Positions 56,605 through 64,000 of a stretch of 64,000 bases of DNA are shown here, in pieces (the stretch's first letter is position 1; each line of letters opens with the position of its first letter). The stretch comes from Bilabrum cf. latius (taxonomy: Eukaryota). A program made the translations under genes and the position numbers. The stretch covers positions 806,001 through 870,000 of the forward strand of contig OZ237757.1 of assembly GCA_965178125.1 (NCBI GenBank), in the 5' to 3' direction. Below the pieces are notes generated by a model. It saw only the letters and a list, made by a program, of their open reading frames with translations, was not told the DNA's origin and did not search any database.

Positions 56605-59600
56605 TTACCCATACACCGACCGCGGATCCCTCCGCCTCGAGCGGGGCCCCCTCCTTCCACTGCCACTGCTGCCGGTAGATGCGGATGCATTGCCCGGTGC
56701 TGCCATACCCGGCCGGCCCTCCCTCCGGCCAGAGCCCCGCAACGAGACTGCGCCAGCGTGCGCTGCACCTTGCGCCAGCCCTTCCACCGCAGCTGCAGAC
56801 CCGCCGGCACCGAACTGCCGCTGCAGCCGCTGCAGCTGCCCCTCCGCCGCCCCCGCCCCCTTGGAAAGCATGTCCAGCCGCCTCTGACCACCCCGGCAGG
56901 CCGCGTGCCACGCAGCCCGCCACGCACCCACCGCCTGTTTGGCCACCTGGGCGGGCGGCAGCGACGTGGCTGATGTCGCATCGGCACCCTTGTTCCCTGA
57001 ATTGTTCCTTGACCTCGCTGTTGCAATCTCCCCAAGCGCATCTCGGCAGGCTCTCGCCTGTTCCTCCACCCTGGCCTCCGTGCCCTCGTCACACGCCGCC
57101 GCCGCCTCCAGGGACTGCTCCACCACGTCCACGGCTGCGTCCAGGGCACCCTCCCATGCCCCGCGGTGTGACGAGTGTGCCGCCTTGGCGCCCGCCTCTA
57201 GGCCCCCGACCGCCGCCACCGCGCGGGCCAAGGCCCCCGTGCACCGTGCCTCGATGTCCGCCAGGGAACAAGCCAGGCCCACCGACTGGGCCCCGCCCTC
57301 CGCTGCGGCCACCGCCCTCATGGCCACCCTGGCCCCCGCCTCGTCACCGTGCCACTCGACCTAGGGCGAAGAAGAAGGGGCAGGGGCAGGGGCAGGGACA
57401 GGGGCAGGGGCAGGGGCAGGGGCAGGGGCAGCAGGGGAAGAGAAACCTCCCTCCGCCCTAGGGCTCCCAGCACTGATGCCTCCGGGAATCGATCCCGGGA
57501 TCTCTCCATCCTACCCCGACCCCGAGGCAGCCTCCCAACGCCTCATGGTCTCGGCGCCCGCCCCGGGCACGATCCCGTGTTTGGCCACCCTCCGGAAGAA
57601 AGCCCCCAGCGTGCGCCTCAGCTTGCCCCCCACCAGCTCCTGCACCAGCCAGGACCTAGACTTGGACAGACGCGGCGCCTTCGCCCTGCCCGAGACATGG
57701 CTCGATCCCTGCCCCTGCCCATGCCCCTGCCCCTGTTCCTGTTCCTCCCCGTCCAGTTCCCGCGCCCTCAGGTGCCCGCAAGGCCCCAACTGCCTCGCGA
57801 CCGGATCCTCGGAGACCCCACAGCGGGACCCGACCGCCGCCCCTCCGCCTGTCCCGCCCAAGATCCTCGCCCTGCACGCCACAGCCGCGCTCGTCGCCCG
57901 CATCCCACCCCATTCTCCCCTTTCCTCTCCCTCTCCCTCTCCGATGGCGTCCATCGGATCGGTCTACAGCCCTCGGGGCAGATACCGCAGCACGTCCTCC
58001 AGTGCGCGGCGCCTCTCCTCAGCGGAACCATGCAGCGGAGGCTCCCCGGCGTCCAAATCGGCCCCCAAAACCCCTTCTTTTGCCACCCCTCTGGTAGACT
58101 CCTCCCCCGAGCCAGGCCCGGCAGTCGGGGTTGGAACCAGCAGGGGCACAGAGGCTGACCCCGGGAGGAGAGATCGGACCGTCCGCCCGCAGGCCCTGCA
58201 CAGTGCCACGCCCAGACTGGTGGCCAGAGCGGCACGGCGGGTGCATCCCCGCCACTGGCACATGGGGTGTGACGAGCGCACCGAGGGACGCGGAGGCAGC
58301 GCGCCCCGCAGCCCCTTGCTAGCATCATCCACAAAGCCAGTGCTATTGCCAGTAGCAGGGGCAGTGCCAGTAGCAGCTGCCTCCATCAGCAAGGCCACCA
58401 TGCCCACCACCCTCGGTACAGACCTGCCCCGCGGGATCGGACTCCCCACCGGCCCTCCTTCACCACCTACATCTCCTACCCCTGACCCTACCCCTGCCCC
58501 TATTCCAGAGGAGAGACACCCGCCCGGCCCCAGCGCAGCGAGGCAGGCGCCGTGTGCTCCAGCGAGGAGGGCGGCACCGACAGCGGCATTCGAATCGTCG
58601 TTTTCCGCCCCTGCCAGCACCACCAGCTCCCCCATGCTACAGTGCGATGCACCCGGCAGGCACTTGAAGAGCAGTCCCTCCGCGCCCCCGCCCCCGCCCC
58701 CGCCCCCGGTCTCCCCTGCACACCCTCCTCCTCCACCGGGAGCGCCTCTCACTGATGCACCCGCGTCGTCGCTCGCGTGTTTCAAATTCTACCCGCGCTC
58801 ACTGCTGCACCCTGCAGGCTCAGTGATCGCAGCATCGGCAGCTGATGGGAGGTGTGATGGGACGCGGCCGCAGGCAGGGACGACGCGCGCCATGTGCCGA
58901 CGGAGCACGGCCTCGGCGCCGCGCGCGCTCAGCGGAACGATGAATTCCTGATCCTCCGCCGCGTGGCCCCCCTTGGCCCCCGCCCGCCGACTCCTCCCCC
59001 TGCTCTCCCTCTAATTCCCGCGTGCCGCGCATTCCACAAACAGCTCCGACCCCGCTCGAGATTCAGACTTGTGCCCATGTCCGCCCTTGCTGTCATGCCC
59101 ATGCTCGCACAGCCCGTAGTGCTTGGCGATCACTAGAAGCGCGGCTGCATCCGCCAGCGCATGCTCTATGCTTGAGTCCGTGGCTGGGGCTGGGAGCGAA
59201 GATCCGGCTGCGAGTGGCTCGTCCAGATCGCCAGAGGTGGTCAAAGTGGAGGTGGGCAAAGAGGCACCCGCAGCTGGTGCTCGTCCTCGAGCAGGTGCTC
59301 CGCCGCTGGTCGCAAGGCCCTCGAGCACTCGTCGAGCGCGAGCAGCTGCATCCAGGAAACCGTTCGACATGGCCACATCCAGCTCCGTGGCAGGCACAAA
59401 GACGTCTACGAGCGGCTCAAAAGCGCCACCGCCAGCATCAGCACCAGGACCAGCACCAGCACCAGCACCAGCACCATCACCATGCCTAATGGCATCGCTG
59501 GCCTCAGCACGAGTTGCATGACTGGCCCCAGCAGCGGCGGGGGCCACTGCTGTGGCCCGGATGGCGCAAGGCATCTCACCCGCAAAGTCCGCCCCGTCCA

Positions 59601-61716
59601 CCACCTGGGGGTCTTGCGCGGCGCCGGGGCGGTTCCGCATGTGCCGGTGAAGCCGTGCCTCGACTGCCCACGCATGCCCAGCCCGCGCTCCTGCGGAACC
59701 ATCTGGCGCCGCGCATTCCTCCCGGTAGCTCCTGGCCATGTAGGCCCTGTGCTGGCGGGCCGGGGCCACCAGGGAAGGGGAAGAGGGCTCTGCGGAACCG
59801 GCCGATTGCGCGGCGCCGGCAGCCCGCACCGCGGTCTCGAGCGCGAGCACCGCGGGCAAGGTCGCCACCTCCACATCCTCCTCCTCCTCCTCCTCCTCCT
59901 CCTCCTCCTCCTCCAATCCTCTTGTTCCCTGAGGACCGGTTAACACCCTGAGAACCGGTTCCGCCGCCAGCACGGCCCGCGCCAGGGCACGCGCCGCCGT
60001 CCCCACCAGCGCGCGGCGCCCCTCGAACGCGGCCTCAGATTCGGAGCCGGAAAGCCTCACCAGCACCCTCGAGCCCCCGGCCCTGAGGCGGGGCGCTGCA
60101 GCAGCCGATCCGACCCCGCTGCTCTGGCCACTGCTGCCTCCAGTGGCGCCCGAGCAGCGCGCGTGCACCGCCTCCAGTGCCTCACTCGTCACACCGGCAC
60201 GCAGACCCCCGATGATCCCTAGCGGAAGGGAAGTCGCGCAGAGCACCGCGGGCAGCAGGCCGCTCCATTGCTTCTCCTTCTAGCCTGCCTTGCCCTTGTC
60301 CTTGCCCTTGCTCTTGGCTTGTCTCTGCTTGCCCGCCGCTGCTGCTGCTGCTGCTGCTCCCGCGCTGCCACCACCACCGACTCGCATCCCCGATGCCGCC
60401 AGGCCCGGCCGAGTCCCTCTGCTGGAGGCCCACGATGGCGGGGAGGGACCTCCTCGTGCGGAACCAGTCCCACTATGCGCGGCGCCGGCATACAGGCCCA
60501 GCACCGCTGCCTCAAGCTGCTCATCACTGTCAGCGTGCGCCGCTGATGCCGCTGATGCTGATGTTGATGCTGCAGACCTAGGGGGGCCGAGGGACTGCCT
60601 GTTCCCTCGCAGCGGGATCCGGGCCACCACCCGCAGCGGAACCTGCGCGGCGCCGCCTGATGCCGCCAGCACGTCCCGCCGCATCCCGTCCGGATCCGCG
60701 GGCAGGTCCCGCCCCCCTGCACCTTCGTGCGATGCAGCTAGCGCGCCTCCACCGGCCCACGGGCCGCCAAGGCAGGCGCGGAGCCGTCCGATCCCGTCGT
60801 GTGACGACTGGCCGCCGGGATGGGGGCGGTCCAGCGCGCCACCGTGCGGTGCACCCATGGACACGCACCCGCATCGCCCCACCGTCCCATCGAGCCCTTC
60901 CGACCCCTTGCCCCTGCCTCTGCCCCTCCCCCCCTTGCTCCCCGCGCCCCTGTTGTTCCCTGGCACTGCCAGGAGGCCCCAGTGCACGAGCCGTTTCCTT
61001 GGCACGGTGCCTCCAGCAGGCAGGCAAGCGGCTGTCACGGACCGGAGGGCAGCGGCAGCCACGCCCGCACTGGCACTGGCACTGGCTCTGGCTCTGGCAG
61101 CGCGGTCCATGTCCCCCGCGCCATCCCCACGTGTTATGCCTGTTCCTTGGTTGGTGCCGGGGTCCCCCTCGAGAGCCCGCAGGACACGCTCCTGGTCGAG
61201 CGAGCCCGGGGCCAGACTGCCGGTGACGGCTTCCGGGGGCACGATCGGGAGCAAGACGACGGGGGCAATGGCGCTGGCCAAGCTTGCAGTCTTACCAGAG
61301 CCAGCGCCAATGGCCCCGATGCTGTGGTTGGTGCCAGTGGCGGTTGCTACAGCAGAGGCGGCGGAAGCCGACCAGCGCGAGCTGAGTGCCGCCGCGGTTT
61401 CGATCCAGGCGGCGTGCAGCTGCGCGAGATCGGCCGAACGGCGGGTGGCTTGTCTCTACGTGTCTGCATAGGACCTCACTTCCGTTCGAATGTGTTTGCG
61501 AGCATCCGCAATCGTCTCATGCACAAGCTCGTTGCAGCGGACGGTCGCTTGAACTGTTTCCTTCTCAACGTGCGCGGGCCATAACGACGCCATGCGCTCT
61601 GCTACTCGGCGTATCGAATCAATCTACCCATTGGTTGACTGAAGGGCGATCAAGTTTCTCTTGTTCTGGGCGTGCTTCGCTTCAATATTCGAGTGTAGTA
61701 GTGATGTCGCCTGCAT
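56605..61716 (-). CDS. Large hypothetical protein (~1,700 aa)
   Basis: Five track ORFs share one frame, broken only by TAG (57361, 57511, 57964, 58789, 59011, 60280, 61456, 61624). Ends in TAA. Start is 61716 or 61593. Confidence 0.72.
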
Positions 61717-62116
61717 GCCTGACCCAGTATTTCTCCTACAATACAGACCCACAGATCAGATTGGGATAATACTCTGAATCAACCTCATTATACGTTTTTG
61801 TGGGTAACGCGAATCCTGCGCGGTGTACTCGTCAAACCGTTCGAATTGAGCTAGGATTCGTGAAGGTTCCATGCTGTTTTGGACGACAGAAACTTTAAGC
61901 GTAAATATTGGCGACAATTCGACGTGAACAAGCACATATATACGATAGTCCCGCAGACAACGAGGTTGAGAAAGGCGATTTTCAGTTTTTGTTTAGTTGC
62001 GAGGCGTTGTGGCATCCCACATTGCAGGTTAGCCAACAGCAACTGCAACATATTGAAAGTTTCCGAGTTATACTCTGTTGTGGCGTGGCCTCCGTAGGCG
62101 TTTAATTGTACTAGCA

Positions 62117-64000
62117 ATGAGTAGGCAAGGCGGAAGGGATGGTGATGGCAGCAATGATGATGCTTGGGCTGCACTTGGTGATGGTACTGTCGGGCAGATA
62201 TCCGATTTCCCTGTCCCAAAGAATAGAAGTGACGCAAGCAACATGGAGACACACACCAAGAACGATATATAGAGCTCAGTCAACCCAGATGGCGGTTTCT
62301 CTCAATCGCTCTTTGGAGGAGTTGGCGGCATGCTGCCCGATGCACCGCTGCCACTGGCCCAGCCCCCAACCCCTGCATCTGGCCAGAGCCCAGACAGCCG
62401 CCAATTTGGACCCAGTGACAGCAGCCTAGATTTGGAATCAGATTCAGACGGTTGGGAGTGGGATCTGGGCGAGCATGGTCAAGGCGACCCAGGGGCAGCA
62501 GGGAGGAGGGGCACTGGCAGCCAGCCGCAGCACACTCTCGGGAGCGGCCGGGGAGCGGTCGCAGGCACACCGCAGTACCCCACACCCTCACAAGTAGAGC
62601 CATCAGGCGGTGTCCGCTACCGCCTGTTCTCCGACCACGACGACTCATCGTCACACGAGGCGGGCAGCTGGGGCGCCCCTGCCTCCACTCCTACTCAGCC
62701 TAGCTGGGGGCCTGCTTCCACAGACGGCGCCTGGGAGAACGAGGGTTTCGATTACGGGTTGTATTCAGAGCCGATGGAGCGGCTGGCGCCAACTCTTCTA
62801 GAGCCGGACCCTGTTGAGTTCTGGAGGGCATGCCGCACGGCGGTGCGAGCCTGTCTCGGCGCGGAGAGGCCTGGCAGGCTGGAGGAGGCACTGACCCAGG
62901 CGACCGTGGGGTGGTGGGTCCCAGGGTATGCAAGACTTGGCGAGGACGACGAGGATCGGGGGTCGATGGGAGAAGAAGGAGGAGGAGGAGAGGGGGGCTG
63001 GGCGGTCGGATTCGGGGATGGGGCCACAGCCGGTGTGCCTGGAGCAGAGAGCGAGGGGGCCGGGGATGATGCTGGTGTTGCAGACGGATCGGGTGACCAT
63101 TCTAGCGAATACGTCGATGCTGGAGAGCTAGAGGCGTGGCGAGACATCGACAGATCCGCCCTCAGCTGGTGCACGAGGCAGGTCGTCGAGGAGAGGCAGA
63201 GGGAGAGGGCTAGGAGGTGCGGCGGCGGCAGGACGGCAGGATCGTGTTCCCCAGGGAACAGGACGAGGTCTTGGGAGGAGGGGCTGCGGGCGCGCGGGTC
63301 TGGCCCCCAGCTCAGGACAGCTCTGGACGCTCTGCACTCCCTCCCCGCCGCCTTGCAGCCCGGGTGCCTGTGGGCTGCACTCGTGGCCTGGCGGGTGGAG
63401 GGGCTGACCAGGCCCCAGGGAACAGAGGATGGAGGAGTGGAGGAAGGGCTAGCGCACGAGGGAGAAGAAAGTAAGTCCCTGGCAGATCTCATCGTGCAGG
63501 CAGCGGGTGCGTGCGGGGGCCTGGGAGGAAGCTGCGGGGGAGGGGACACCGTCGCGGATGGATCGCTGGGAGTGCCACAGGCAGTCGGCTCGAACACAAG
63601 CTCGTTCGAACACAGCCCAGCACCCGTGCAGCACGCGAGCGACGCGGGCTCTGGCCCCGCCGGTGCCCCCCTGTGTGCAGACAAGATCAGGAGGGCCAAC
63701 CTGCTGGGGGCCTGGCTGGAGGGCGAGCTGGGGGCCTCTGTGCGGCGAGAGGGGGCGGTGCCCATCGGCGCGCGGGAGGCCTCTGTCCTTCGGCTTAGTC
63801 TCCTGGACCTGCTCAGGGGCATGGGGAACTCTAGAGGGGTGGAGGAGGCGGCCGTGGCGCTGCACCTCTGGGGGCCTGTGCTTGCTGAGGCCGTGGGGCG
63901 GTCCTGGGAGGGCAAGGGGGAAGGGGTGGCGGGCGGCGAGGCTGTTGACGGGCGAAGGGATGAGCAGGCGCTGGCGTGGGCCGCGGCCCATCCAGGCGGG
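62117..64000 (+). CDS. 3'-partial hypothetical protein
   Basis: ATG 62117 (MSRQGGRDGDG..), one TAG at 62270, then apparently open to the window end with composition typical of the other genes. Confidence 0.7.

Noticed and set aside
3-64000. TAG-interrupted genes read as pseudogenes or sequencing errors
   Set aside because: The interruptions are almost exclusively TAG, are conserved between paralogs, and leave catalytic motifs and splice sites intact. Random decay would also give TGA, TAA and many frameshifts.
3-64000. Pyrrolysine, or a recoded phage or prokaryote
   Set aside because: There are dozens of TAGs per gene in low-complexity regions and no pyl genes. Spliceosomal introns and eukaryotic domains (DH, PH, PPR, SNM1) indicate a nuclear genome.
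3-64000. tRNA(CUA), eRF1, or autonomous mobile/viral genes (RT, integrase, transposase, capsid)
   Set aside because: I recognised no cloverleaf or such motifs by eye. The decoding machinery presumably lies elsewhere, and tRNAscan-SE would be needed to exclude a tRNA formally.

Overview
GC-rich, gene-dense eukaryotic (protist-like) nuclear DNA with a few short GT-AG introns and about 14 protein genes. No rRNA, tRNA, CRISPR array or autonomous transposon was seen. Main result: the genome appears to use a non-standard nuclear code in which TAG is a sense codon, most likely Gln, while TAA and TGA still terminate. The fragmented ORF track collapses into long, coherent single-frame genes once TAG is read through. 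By hand I count roughly 90-100 in-frame TAGs, and every gene end I could infer is TAA or TGA. Under this code the window holds: a degenerate UPF1/MOV10-like helicase with four C-terminal winged-helix-like repeats; a GH79 glycosidase; a SPRY-like protein; an SNM1-type beta-CASP nuclease; PTRHD1; a type I membrane protein; a ~3,200-aa hypothetical protein; three near-identical LRR paralogs; a ~6,800-aa RhoGEF(DH)-PH-PPR-coiled-coil protein; and further hypotheticals. Second surprise: two short DNA words (CACTCGTCACAC and CAGGGAACAA) are hugely over-represented on both strands and in several reading frames inside coding DNA. All domain calls come from recognising motifs by eye, with no database search.
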